From the NCBI GenBank assembly GCA_051362555.1, contig CM120647.1, positions 19,320,651 to 19,384,650 on the forward strand: 64,000 nucleotides of DNA, given 5' to 3'. This DNA is from Lingula anatina. Lineage: Eukaryota > Animalia > Brachiopoda. Shown here piece after piece: positions 12,050 through 24,209 of the stretch (position 1 is its first letter; the number at the start of each line of letters is the position of its first letter). Under the pieces are notes generated by a model. That model had not been told where the DNA came from. It saw only the letters and a program-made list of their open reading frames with translations, and searched no databases. The position numbers and the translations under genes were made by a program.

Positions 12050-12360
12050 CTCCCTAACTACTTGTTTACGTTCGAAGAAAGCTGAGTTAATGGAACTTAC
12101 GCGGAAACGTAAATCGAAAGTAAGTACTTAGGTCAATCTATTGTATTTTATGAAGCGATCATTATTGCATTCATGCCTTCATAATTAAACCAATGGAATT
12201 ATCAATAGACGTCAACCTTTTTCGGAGAATTGATCAAAAGCCAACAAACCTTTATAATCGGTGGCACTTAAGTCAGGTAACAGTCATAGACCTTGCTTTT
12301 CCGTCATAAACCAGTTACGATTTCAGGGACATTCGTATATACTGGTATATTGCTAGGTAA
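12050..12360 (+). promoter_or_regulatory. Conserved upstream block (putative promoter and non-coding first exon) of the exonuclease paralogues
   Basis: Repeated at ~16685-17012, ~20355-20680 and, more diverged, ~30720-31040 plus 33327-33385. It contains GGAACTTACGCGGAAACG and ends in AG|GTAAGA donors (12357, 17009, 20678, 33379). TTCCAG acceptors precede each ATG (12776, 17752, 21305, 34110). Confidence 0.55.
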
Positions 12361-12793
12361 GACAGCGTTACAGAATTTGTTATACGAAATATTCCGATTG
12401 AATATTGATAATATTTACGCCTTTCAAGCTATTTGATTACTGGACTCCCGTGAAGCTTTTGATACTGGGATAGATCAAATTTGCTTGATCCTTGTACATT
12501 TGCCAACAGGTAACGATAAGTTATGGTTTCAAAGTGAACAGTTTTCTTAAGTATGGTGTTGACGCTTGTGTCAAGAGTTTAAGTTTGATATTCGTGAAAT
12601 TTTGTGAGAGAATTAATTCTTGATAAGACGCAGCTTCCATTATCGAAAAGATATTCTGTACACACGGTCGCCCCTCTGATATGCTAGTACGTTCAGTAAT
12701 AACACACATTTAGATTGATCGCATCAAACATAAATTCGCCACCTTGCATCATAAGTACAATTATTTTCCCTTCCAGAGGGAATCATTGAAACT

Positions 12794-13753
12794 ATGTCAG
12801 AAACTAGACACTCGGCAATGGTTGGCTCCAAACCTTACACTTTGGTTGACACCAACGATGGCCTTGAAACTGCTCTCAAATCCCTGAAAAGTGAGAGTAA
12901 AGAAGGACAAAATCTTGCCGTCGATGGCGAAGGCGATAATTATACCAGAAGAGGGACGATGTCTTTGCTTGCTATCGCAACAAGAAACCACGTGTTCCTG
13001 TTTGATATCATCAAGCTCGGAAAGCTCGTTTTTGATCGCGGGCTCCGCGAGATTCTGGAGGACCCCACACGCGAAAAGCTCATGTTCGACTGCCGTGAAG
13101 ACTCTGATATCCTTTGGCATCAGTTCCAAGTGAAGCTCGACGGCGTCCTGGATTTGCAGCTTTTGCAAATAATACATAGTAAGAGGGACAACTCGGATTT
13201 CTCGCCAATCGGTCGAAAGCGAGGTGCAGTAGCATTCTGCGAAAAGGTATTTGGTCTAATGCGTTGCCTTGAGGTTTATACCAACGATTTTGCCTCTATT
13301 CAAACAAAGAAATCTATTGGCTCAACCTTTCCGCTATCAACAAAGCAGTGGATGATCAGACCTTTACCCAGCAACATGATCAAGTACGCATGCGTCGACG
13401 TATCAACCCTGTTTGTTCTTTACGAAAAAATGAAAATAGGCGATCAAGACATGAGGCGGTTAAAGGTGGCATCGGCTCGTTACGTCGATTTAAAGCGTTC
13501 GATAATCGCACGCCGTTACGACAGTTATGAGAAAAATGGGTACCTGCCATTGAATATAATACCTCCAAAGGGATGTGTTGGTTTTTCGGCCTCTCAGTCC
13601 AATGAAGGCCCCACGTGTACCGGTTGTCAACGGCGCTTTCCGCGGGGAGCATTTAACGACACGGATCTTAGCAAAGGAGAGCAAAAATGTAAAGTTTGCT
13701 TGAGGGTAAAAATGGAAACAAGTGACTGGAAGATAAGAGGGAGGAGATTGTAA
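12794..13753 (+). CDS. DEDDy 3'-5' exonuclease (EXD1/Egalitarian-like) with C-terminal Stc1-like zinc finger, copy 1
   Basis: ExoI AVDGEG, ExoII FDCREDSDIL, DLQL, W..RP and ExoIII YACVD; then CTGC...FPR.AF...CKVC. Confidence 0.9.
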   Translation: MSETRHSAMVGSKPYTLVDTNDGLETALKSLKSESKEGQNLAVDGEGDNYTRRGTMSLLAIATRNHVFLFDIIKLGKLVFDRGLREILEDPTREKLMFDCREDSDILWHQFQVKLDGVLDLQLLQIIHSKRDNSDFSPIGRKRGAVAFCEKVFGLMRCLEVYTNDFASIQTKKSIGSTFPLSTKQWMIRPLPSNMIKYACVDVSTLFVLYEKMKIGDQDMRRLKVASARYVDLKRSIIARRYDSYEKNGYLPLNIIPPKGCVGFSASQSNEGPTCTGCQRRFPRGAFNDTDLSKGEQKCKVCLRVKMETSDWKIRGRRL

Positions 13754-14628
13754 CGTGCCGAAGATAACGCGAACAGTCTGCTACATTGATTTTTCTAAAT
13801 TTTGGTGATGATGACACTAAACCTCCGTACCTCCGTCAGTGAGGATTTGTTTTCACCTCTGTTTGTTAATTCGTCACCATCATATCTCAGTATAATTATA
13901 GATTCATGAAGTTTTCAGAAAATACTAAATGTAGGCAGTATTTTATAATCACGTTAGAACTAACCACACCCGTTTATAACCATTTTACTAGTACCACATT
14001 ACAGATGTTTGGTGTCAGTATAATTAAAGGATAAAACAACTCTTCACTTTGGCGGGATAGTTGCCATAAAACGGATTTTCCTTGGGTAACCAATGGATTG
14101 ACATTTAAAGTTAATAGTTTTTTGTAGTAATCTCTGAACGGGATGACAAATCTTTATTCAAAGTTAGTTGATTGTTTTCTTAAAGCGATTTTCTGTAATA
14201 AACCCTCAAGGCATAATAATTCTTCATTTTAAGATTGAAATATTAAAAATATTAAGGAGGATAGCCATCTATGAAGGTCCACATCGTCGAATGGCAAGCA
14301 AAGATGTCAGTATAATTGCTATAACCACCGTTTTGGTGGTAAAATGGAATTAATAATATTTCTGTGTGTTGTTTACAGTTTATTTAATAAAGTAGTTTGA
14401 ATCGCAAATGAAAAGTTGTTATCCATTTTATGTGTAAATATAATTGATTCATGTTTTGTCGGTTTTTGCTTTAAAATGTCTGCAATATTTGGTTGTATGC
14501 TTGGCCTTTTGTTAAAAAGGATTTGAAAATCATTATATATGTGCTTTTTAGCATAAACACATTTTCAATTAAGAGTTTTAGAAATATTTTAGAAAAACAT
14601 TGATATCATTCATGAATTAAAACTACTC

Positions 14629-14725
14629 CTACAGCTCATCCCTGGTGCATGGTTCCTCTTGTATAGAGCTACCCTCTCGTGGCAGGTTGAGAATGTTTGC
14701 AACTTTCTGCAGTTTATTCTTTTCA
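14629..14725 (-). pseudogene. Duplicated fragment of the RDEL terminal exon (see 60625-60810)
   Basis: Translates as KNKLQKVANILNLPREGSSIQEEPCTRDEL*. Confidence 0.85.
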
Positions 14726-15583
14726 CTTTTTGCTGGGAAAAGGTCCACTGTGGGTAAATCTGATCAAGGTAAACTTAGGTCTCATGACAAAAGGTCCACA
14801 TTTTCAGAAAAAGAAACCCTCCATTTGCATTTGCTATCTACGGGCCTGGTATCTTCTTAGTTCTGCTCGGCTTGCATTAATGGTCGTTGATCTTTGAACC
14901 CCTAGTGCCCACTTGCACATTTTTAGATGAATCTGTTCAAAGAGTAACTTATTAATTAATTAAGAAGTTGAATAACATTTTCTTTTGCTTAAATACTTCT
15001 TGGGACTATACCTCACACCTGTAGGTTAGAATTGGTTTCATAAATTTATCGAAAAGTCTCATTGTTAATACGGGGTGTGCTATGTTTTGTGATTTTCAGG
15101 TTGTTTTGAGGGAAAATAATAACCTGGTACCTTTTAGCTTAAAGTTTTCCATGACCTTTTTAAGTGAGCCTCAGCTTGTAAATGTGTTTCAAACGTAATC
15201 AAATTCGTTTACTATTCCAACAGTGCTTCCGTTTATTGTGAACTTTAGAAATGGATGGAAAATAGAAATAAAAAAGTTTAAGCCAAATATAGAACAGCCC
15301 ATATTTGTTTTCCTATAGAATTCTCGAAAATGGAATGTAAATGTCGTTCGAGATCGTGACCTCCATTTAAGGCTGTCAGAGGGGGGAATGGGGAGGGGAT
15401 GTCACCATTCACAGTCTCACGATAAATACAGTGTAAATAAAATCAAATATCACCGATAACAAATAATAAATCGATTAACAAGAATAAACAATCAAATGAG
15501 TGCTGATTCACAGCGTCATGGTCAATAATCTGACGTGTCTGGGATAGTGTGGAATAGATTTGATCAATCATTGATCACTGATT

Positions 15584-15875
15584 TCACCCATCCCCATCCT
15601 CCCGTCACTTGGTGGGTTTTGGGGAAATACATTCTTGTTTGTGATATCAATTATTTACGCATTCTTGTCTTTATAAAGGAGTTGAGATATCAATTCCCGA
15701 CAGTCTTTTTCGAAGAACTGATCAAAAGGTCACCCATCCCCATCCTCCCGTCACTTGGTGGGTTTTGGGGAAATACATTCTTGTTTGTGATATCAATTAT
15801 TTACGCATTCTTGTCTTTATAAGGGAGTTGAGATATCAATTCCCGACAGTCGTTTTCGAAGAACTGATCAAAAGG
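15584..15875. repeat. 146 bp tandem duplication (2 copies)
   Basis: tcacccatccccatcctccc...gaactgatcaaaagg at 15584 and 15730, nearly identical. Confidence 0.93.
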
Positions 15876-17364
15876 CAGTAGTTTCCTGTAGTCCACGGGC
15901 AGTCAAGCGATAGTCATAGGCGTCGACGTAGCATCGTAAAACAAGTTTTAGGGACACTGGTCTACATTTGTTATAAGGTGAATAAGGGTCATAAACTTTG
16001 TGTACGCAAGTATAAGCAGAGCAGTAAAAACAACAAAAAAAAATTTTTTTTGAGCTATACTTACTTATTAACTTATTTGATCATTTGGGAGATTTAAAAT
16101 ATATTTCCTTATTTCACGCATTTAGATATTTCAATTACAGTTAATTATGAATAAGCTAAATCCCGAGGGAAATCTTTAAAATCTACATTTGTTCTGAGAC
16201 AGACGAGAAGGTAAAAATGTGAGGGTTAGTTATTTCGAAGCTGAAAGGGTGAGGCAGAGGTACGTGACCCCCCCCCCCCCTCCCCGATCCTCCATAGCTG
16301 TGAATAATGGTACAAGTTATATTTGATAGTTTTCTACAACTTGATTTAAATGTGTACCTGAGGAGTTTTTAAATAAAGGCTGTCAAGTGTTTTACAATGA
16401 ATCATAAGTGTGTTGATATGATTTTGAGCTTATAAACTGATCAAATTAAGGGGGGCAAAAATGCATATTCATATTACCTGCATATTTCACGTCATATTGG
16501 TGTAAGAAATGATTTGTCATCATCTAAGGTATATCAACAGAGATTAATGAAAAAATATCAACCCAAAACATTTTTTAAAACATATTTTCAACTGAATTTA
16601 CATTTTATTCTCGTTATTCGAGTCAGATTTATCCAGTATATCCATGGAACACATATTCGGTATATAGGCTACAGGTACTGTTTATCCCTAGTTACTTGTT
16701 TACGTTCGAAGAAAGCTGGAGTTAATGGAACTTACGCGGAAACGTTAATCAAAATCTATGTCAACCTATTGTACTTTATAAAACCTATCAATAAAGCAGT
16801 AATGTCTTAACAATTAAAGCAAATACAATTATCAATAGACGTTAAATGTTTTCGGAGAACTGACCAAAAGCCAACCAACCTTTTTAATCGGTGTCTATGT
16901 CAAACTTTGAAGTATACACGGGAAGTCTAGTACAGTCATAGACCTTGCCTTAGCGTTATAAACTAGTTACAGTTTTAGGGACATTGGTGTGTACTCGTAC
17001 ATTGTTAGGTAAGATGGCGTTACAGAATTTGTAATACGAAATATTCTGTTAGGATATTGGTGATATTTTACGTTTTTCAAGCTATTTCATTGCTGGACTC
17101 CCGTTAATCCATTGATATTGGGAAAGATCTATACTTGATCGTTGTACATATTAACGATATTGAGTTATGGCTACAAAGAAAACAGTAGATATTCTTACGT
17201 AAAATTTTGTGAGAGAATTAATTCTTGATACGTAGCTTCCATTTTCGTATAATACTCTGTACACAAGGTCGTCCCTCTGATATACCAGTACGTGCAGTAA
17301 TGACGTACATTTAGATCTATCGCATCAAACATAAATTTGCACCTTGCGTCATAAGTACAATGAT

Positions 17365-17606
17365 CAGGACTACCCAACTACCAGACTCGGCACATAAGGA
17401 TCCTGAATTAACCGGTATATCGGACCACACTACTCGTTTTTAATCCCAGAACAAATTTTGTAGGACGACCCCGGGCTCATCCTGTCGGTGTTCTGACTGA
17501 TACTCCGAAATGCGATCTGTCACACACCTTGGAAAGGGGTAGTGTGGTCCGATATACCGGTTAATTCAGATCCGTATGTGCCGAGTCTGGTAGTTTGGTA
17601 GGCCTG
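17365..17606. mobile_element. MITE with ~70 bp TIRs (CAGG...CCTG)
   Basis: Near-perfect inverted arms (actaccagactcggcacata...ggaccacactac). ATGAT is duplicated on both sides, and the empty site is visible in paralogues at ~12760 and ~21293. Confidence 0.85.
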
Positions 17607-17776
17607 ATGATTTTCCCTTCCGAGATTTAACGAGTTCCCCGGGTAAGCAACATTTTCCCTCGATTTTACAACCTTAAATCTTCCTTTCCTGACACTAACT
17701 TTCACTCTGCAACAATTTTTCTTGCAATGTTTCTATTTTGTTTCTATTCCAGATCGACGGGTGATCTCAGAAATCC

Positions 17777-18856
17777 ATGATGTCCAAAAGTAAGGGACCA
17801 TCGGCCAGTTCACTTGGTGCACGTGGACCGAGGGCACATCGTGCAAAAGAGTACATGTACACTTTGGTTAACACCAAAGAGCGCTTAGATTCAGCCCTTG
17901 AAACCTTGAGAAGCGTGAGTGAAGAAGGTCCGAATCTAGCTGTCGATGGCGAAGGTGTTAATTATTCCAGAAGAGGAACGCTGTCTTTAATTGTCATCGC
18001 AACAAGAGATCACGTTTTCCTGTTTGATATCCTCAAGCTAGGGAAGCGTGTTTTTGATCGCGGGCTTCGCGAGATTCTCGAGGATCCTACACGTGAAAAG
18101 CTGATGTTTGACTGCCGTGAAGATTCTGATATCCTCTGGCATCAGTACCACGTGAAACTCGACGGTGTCCTGGATTTGCAGCTTTTGCAAATTATGTTTT
18201 GTAAGAGAGACAACTCGGATCTCTCGCCGTTTGGTCGAAACAGAGCTGCCCTTGCACCCTGCGTAAAGGTGCTTAGTTTGTTGCGTTGTCTTGAGCTTTA
18301 CACCGACGATGTTACGTGTATTGAAATAAAAAAATCTGTTGGCTCAACCTTCGTGCAATCACCAGAGCAGTGGATGGTCAGACCTATTCCCAGCGACATG
18401 ATCAAGTACGCATGTGTCGACGTATCAACCCTGTTTATTCTCTACGAGAAAATGAAAATGGGCGATCTAGACATGAGGCGGCTGAAAGTTGCATCAACGC
18501 GCTACGTCAGTCTGAAGCGTTCGATAAAAAAACGCCGTTATGACAATTTTGAGAAAAACGGGTACCTTCCACTTAATGTAATACCAGAAAAAGGATATGT
18601 CAATTTTTCATCCTATCAATCCTCTAAAGGCCCCGAGTGTGTGGGCTGTCAAAGACGCTTTCCGCGAGAAGCATTCACTAAAACACAGCTTAGAAATGGA
18701 GAACAAAAATGCAAAGTTTGCAGGAAGGTGAAACACAATATAGATGTCCAGAGAAACAAAGAAGAAAACTGCAAAAGTGATAGCTCTGAAGATGATAGTG
18801 ATACCCCCGAAGATGATACTTCCCTTTTGACCTCGGACGATGATTATTATGTTTAA
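17777..18856 (+). CDS. DEDDy exonuclease with Stc1-like zinc finger, copy 2
   Basis: Same intact Exo I/II/III motifs as copy 1, CVGCQRRFPREAFTKTQLRNGEQKCKVC and an acidic tail. Confidence 0.92.
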   Translation: MMSKSKGPSASSLGARGPRAHRAKEYMYTLVNTKERLDSALETLRSVSEEGPNLAVDGEGVNYSRRGTLSLIVIATRDHVFLFDILKLGKRVFDRGLREILEDPTREKLMFDCREDSDILWHQYHVKLDGVLDLQLLQIMFCKRDNSDLSPFGRNRAALAPCVKVLSLLRCLELYTDDVTCIEIKKSVGSTFVQSPEQWMVRPIPSDMIKYACVDVSTLFILYEKMKMGDLDMRRLKVASTRYVSLKRSIKKRRYDNFEKNGYLPLNVIPEKGYVNFSSYQSSKGPECVGCQRRFPREAFTKTQLRNGEQKCKVCRKVKHNIDVQRNKEENCKSDSSEDDSDTPEDDTSLLTSDDDYYV

Positions 18857-20824
18857 TTGGGATGCCAATGAATTTTCTTCGAAATATTAGTGGTTCTGGG
18901 GGTTTGGCTGGCCCTGTGGGAATGGGCGATTTTTTCTCAATATAAATTCTGCTATCTCCTCCTAGATCATTGGAATGAGGAGGAGGTTTTTGGGCTTGAT
19001 TGAATAGTGCTACTGGAGGTTTGGCTATCTCCGTGGGAGAATGTTTCTTTTCAACACTGCCATTGCTTTTATCTCCACCTAGGTTGTTAACGTAAAAACC
19101 TGGGGGGTATTAAGAGTATCAAGGGAGACATGCATAGACACTTTGAAATTTTAGTGTGGTTGGGGATAAGTTGTACCTGGTAGGTGGATGATTCTAATTT
19201 AACATTGTCCGTTCTGACATCTCCTGGACTGCTACATGTACGTGGAGGAACTTGAAATTTAAATGATTGAAAGAACTATCATCATCAGCATTTCGGAATA
19301 TTTTAAATGAACTTAGGATTGGGCGGTCTTGGGTGATGGATGACTCTTTTGAGGTTATATCTACCCACCGGCACCATCTACATCTGGAAATTGGGAAATA
19401 TAAACTGGAAGAGCGATAAGTATATATGTGAAGATGATACTGTTTTCCAATTATGAATTCTGAGAGAAAAGTATTGGACAATATATGTATCCGTTTAATT
19501 TCTTGAATATTTCCTATCGGTACATGTACTTGCAGGGTAATACTGAAAAACTATTAGGCCCTCTTTTAATACAGATATTACCAAAGAACAAGTTTTCTTA
19601 CTTTGCTGAGGTTGGTTCGTTGGCCGCTATGCTTGAGTCATGAAAAATAGTTTGAGCTTTTTAATTTTCTGTGAGAGCTTCCATGATTGAACAACATTGG
19701 ACATACTTTGCATATGTCAAGGTTTTCTCTTTAAGCATCGACAGGCGTACAGATTTTAATGCTATTTTGAACATTTTCTAGAACGTCTTAGAAGTGAATA
19801 AACTTTACAGACTGCTCTTTCGGTTTTCACAAGAAGGATAATTTTTTGTAAATGTTCTGGTATATTCACTTAAATATAATAGCTATGAAATATGAAAGAC
19901 TGAATTGACTAGATTTATCTCAAGGCGGGTAAATTTGGTGAAAAGGAGAAAATCATTCTTTTAGTATTTTTGGGATATAATAATTATCAAAAACGTATCT
20001 TAACACTGGATGAAATCATACTTTTTGTGTCTATTTTAACCGCACGTGCCGCAGGCAGACAGACTTTTAAACCACGCCTCCGTTGTTAAGGTCTTTGTTA
20101 TGAAGGAGCGGAGCAAAGTTACAAAGACGGCATATAGACTGGGTTCCCACAGATTTAGATCTATCCATAGGGATCAACCTAACTCCCTGGGGGTTCACGC
20201 CAAATTGCTAAATTGCGGAGGATTCTCACTAAGTGCTCTAAGTTATTTACAGTTTTTCAACTGATTTTACGTTATATTCTCATTATTCGGATCAGATTTA
20301 TCCAGTATATCCATGAAAAAAACATATTCAGTACATAGGCTACAAGCACTGTTTGTCCCTAGCTACTTGTTTACGTTCGAAGAAAGCTGGAGTTAATGGA
20401 ACTTACGCAGAAAGCTAAATCAAAATCTAGGTCAACCTATTATACTTTATAAAACCTATCAATAAAGCAATTATGGCTTAACAATTAAAGCAATACAATT
20501 ATCAATAGACGTTAAACTTTTTCGGAGAACTGATCAAAAGCCAACAAACCTTTTAATCGGTGACTTTGCCAAACTTTGAAGTATACACGGGAAGTCTAGT
20601 ACAGTCATAGACCTTGTCTTAGCGTCATAAACCAGTTACAATTTCAGGGACATTGGTGTGTACTCGTACATTGTTAGGTAAGATGGCGTTACAAAATTTG
20701 TTATACGATTGAATATTGGTTACACTAGTATTTTATGCATTTAATGCTATTTGACTACTGGACTCCCGTGAAGCCTTTGATATTGAGATAGATCAGATTC
20801 GCTTGATCGTTGTGCATTTGCCTA

Positions 20825-21032
20825 GATTACATTTCTATACGCCCCCGCACCAACACTCCCCCGCACCGATACTCCCCCGCAGTATTGATGCGGGGAAGCA
20901 ATGATGTGGGGAAGTATCGGTGTGGGGGAGTAACGGTGCGGGGATGTACAGGTGCGGGGAGTATCGTTGCGTATATAATACAAAAAATAGCTAAGGGGAG
21001 TAACGGTGCGGGGGAGTATCGACATGACTCCC
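20825..21032. mobile_element. MITE-like insertion with internal ~15-16 bp minisatellite (ggggagtatcggtgc) in both orientations
   Basis: 8 bp TSD tttgccta at 20817-20824 and 21033-21040, with imperfect TIRs. The paralogous empty site is at ~12499. Confidence 0.8.
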
Positions 21033-21319
21033 TTTGCCTACAGGTAACGATAATAAGTTATGGTTTCAAAGTGAACAGTTAATTTTCTTACGTATAGTGT
21101 TGACGCTTGTGTCAAGAGTTTCAGTTTGATATTTCGTGATATTTTGTGAGAGAGAGAGTGAATTCTTGATACGTAGCTCCCATAATCGTATAGATACACT
21201 GTACAAATGGTCGCCCTTTTGATATACCAGTACGTACAGTAATGACATACAATTAGATCAAACATAATTTCGCCACTTCGCGTTATAAGTACAATGATTT
21301 TCCAGATCGAGAGGAAACC

Positions 21320-21437
21320 ATGGCAGAAATTAAACACTCGGAAATAACCAAGGAAGCGCCAAGGACGCCGAATGTTGAAGTTAAAGGGTCCGCTCTGGGA
21401 GACACCAAGAGCAGCGTTGCAGAGAGTGTGAAAAAAG
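21320..21437 (+). CDS. Exonuclease copy 3, first coding exon (MAEIKHSEITKEAP...VKK)
   Basis: Its position matches the copy 1 ATG (MSETRHS vs MAEIKHS). It ends at a phase-1 AAG|GTAGGG donor that joins the TTTCAG acceptor at 27538 in frame. Confidence 0.7.
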
Positions 21438-21917
21438 GTAGGGATCTACGGCACACGTATCAATACTAGAGGTGGGCAAATGACAAATTTTTTTCAAACA
21501 AGATTCTGTGGCCATTTTGGCTGCTAAGCACAAATCCGACAATAATTTTTACTAAGGTTAAATATTTATATTGGTTTCTGCAATTTGTTTGTGAAAAAAG
21601 GCGGGAATGGCTTTTTAACAATATTTTCACGGAAAATATGCATAAAAAATTATGTGTAATACGTCTCTCCATATGTTTTGGGAGTTGCAGAGTTCAAATA
21701 TTAGCATATTCAAGACAATAACATTTGTAGGGTGATATCTTTAAAATATGTTATTTAAAACAAACATATACAGAAAATATACACTTCGAGTCAAAGATAA
21801 ATGCAAATAATGGCCATTTTGTACATACTGAATTTATGGATAACAGTTTGGTTTTAAAAACAATGCTGAAAATACCTTCATGCATGTGTACCAACTTATG
21901 TCATGCTGTATAAGGGA

Positions 21918-22165
21918 ACATTCCCGCAGATATTTGGATCGAACTATCTCTTTTGGGAGTCTCACTAAATTGCTATCAACTAAACCGGCTTAAATGTCTG
22001 TCACGCCTAGTAAAGATGTTAGGAGGTAATTATCTTTACCCCCTAGCTGACTCGGTAGCCGTGACAGACATTTAAGACGGTTTAGTTGACAGCAATTTAG
22101 TGATCGGTCCAACCCAGAGAGTTAGACCGAACCAGATGGATCGATCTAGGTATGGGAACCCAGTT
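21918..22165. mobile_element. Palindromic MITE, related to 35363-35547
   Basis: Inverted arms cactaaattgctatcaactaaaccggcttaaatgtctgtcacg / cgtgacagacatttaagacggtttagttgacagcaatttagtg. Confidence 0.65.
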
Positions 22166-22334
22166 TAATTTTCCTTTTCTTTGGAACAGGTAAAACTTTG
22201 TCAGGTGGCATCAACTTTTAACAACCTCTAACCTCTTGACATTAGTACTTAGTTTCAGTTGCGTAGTTTAAGAGAATCTCACCACCACCATGGAAGCACC
22301 AGTAAGAGATACACTGAGACCAGAAAACACTGTA

Positions 22335-22819
22335 AAGCCCCCGTCACGCTTGTGTCAAGAGTTTAAGTTTGATATTTATTCGGAATCAGCAGTAATCACG
22401 CAGAACGAGTCGGAATGAACAATTTTCAAAATTGGCTCCACATACGGTGGGAAATTTCAAATTGACCATAAAATCTTGTGAACCTGCCTGGAATGATTTG
22501 TGCACATTTTGGGTGTATTAACTCTCAAATGCAGCTCGAATGTACTTGACACACATTAGGAATGCCGAAAGAATATTAAGAATGTGACTCATAGTGCAGT
22601 TATAATACACTTCGAATGCCATTCGATATTTCTCCACTTGGAATGCACTTCGAAAGTTTTGAGCACGAGCAAAACATTTGGACGGGACGCAAGAATGGGC
22701 CCATACATTTGGAATATGCTCAGAATTTTTAGAACGCACTTCGAATATCCAGGAATAAACAAAAAATTTTCATTCCGACGACATTCTAGCTCATTTCGCC
22801 TCTAGTGTGACTAGGGTAT
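22335..22819. mobile_element. Harbinger-like non-autonomous element rich in GAATG/CATTC motifs
   Basis: Ends aagcccccgtcacg / gtgtgactagggtat between TAA triplets; the TIR is imperfect. Confidence 0.45.
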
Positions 22820-22834
22820 AAATGAAGACATTAA

Positions 22835-23498
22835 GGATATTGTCACCCTTCGCCTAAAACTCCTTATTTATTGCCTTACATACATTATTTTGGGTAATAA
22901 ATAAAGCTTCGGTATTCAGTGATTATATAAATTAACATTTACACGCGTCATCTTACTGGTGACGTTATAATTGCGATTTTGGGGTAAAAACTGAAATTTG
23001 TTTTACCCAGAACACCCATGATAACCGCCAATTTAATGATATCATTAAGTACTCCAAAACGCTGCCAGCGATTTTTCTTAGTTTAGATTTTATCGTTGAT
23101 AAAGCAAAATAATACCTTTGTTTAATGAAAATCTGCAATTACAAGCTCATAACTCCATAACAAAAGCATTTAAACCAAAACGCTGGCACAGGATTGTAGC
23201 TCATGCCCCTGCGGACCACTATGTCTTTTTTGTGATAAAATCGTGTTTAGGGATGAAATTACGCCCCATACAGATTACTATCTCACCTCATAAAAGAAAG
23301 GTGTCAAATAGACGATTAAAGCTTTGAGTTGCCTATGCTTATACATTGCACCGAAAAATATAAATGCCGATATTTCATATTTTCGAGAGTTTTTTCATTG
23401 TTTTGAATTAGCACAAAGATAGATACATTTTTGAATAATTAGATGAAGGAAAAAACTCATCTTCGGCATCTGGATGATAATAAAGGGTTATAATGTCC
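22835..23498. mobile_element. TTAA-flanked Kolobok-like MITE, copy A
   Basis: TTAA on both sides and TIRs GGATATTGTCACCCTT / GGACATTATAACCCTT. An inverted homologue lies at 36400-37025. Confidence 0.8.
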
Positions 23499-24209
23499 TT
23501 AATGTTCTGCTACTGAGTGTACTTCTATAAATATTCCTGTATGTAACTAACATTATGACTACTCTACATGGCAAGACTGTACACTTCATGAGAACCTTGA
23601 ATAATATACCATATTTGTTATATTATTGTTTTTCCCAATTTAAAAAACCTTAGTTGCATAAAAATTAGTATTTTGCACATAAAAATGGTGATTTAGGGTG
23701 GTTTTTACCTCAAAATGACCAAAAATTCCTCTTTTTAAATAATTTTACCCAAATTGAAATAACCCAACATAAGTGATTTATCTATTTTACGCTCATTGAT
23801 CATAAAATCATATGGTTAGACATATAACAAGCCATATTTGAACTGATATTTAAAGATTTACATGAGAACTCTATGATTTGATGGGGAGCCATTTTGAAAA
23901 AATCGCTTGATACCAATATAAGATGTAATCTGAAACAAAAAAACTTATTAGATTTGTATAGCCAAATTTGTATAGCCAAAATAACCACAGAATCCACTTG
24001 TTTGAAATCCCCCCCCCCCCAAAAAAAAAAAAAAAGAAGCTTTCATTTGCCCATCCCTATCAATACTGCACCATACAATAGTTTATTTCATGTGATCAGG
24101 CTTGAAAATATAACATTTTCTGCCCTTACCTAATTTCCTTTACGGCCCTAAAGGAAATTGACCCAATACCCCGTATACGATCCTATAGGACAAAAGTTTC
24201 TATCAGGAT

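Larger units (their letters stand above)
21467..24059. mobile_element. hAT-like non-autonomous DNA transposon carrying nested elements
   Basis: TIRs TAGAGGTGGGCAAATGA / TAGGGATGGGCAAATGA; flanking duplication (a)tcaatac of 7-8 bp, register ambiguous. Confidence 0.75.

Noticed and set aside
12797-13684. Antisense and alternative-frame ORFs over the exonuclease genes (likewise over RTE and pol)
   Set aside because: They are shadow ORFs of real coding sequence and are not conserved between paralogues.
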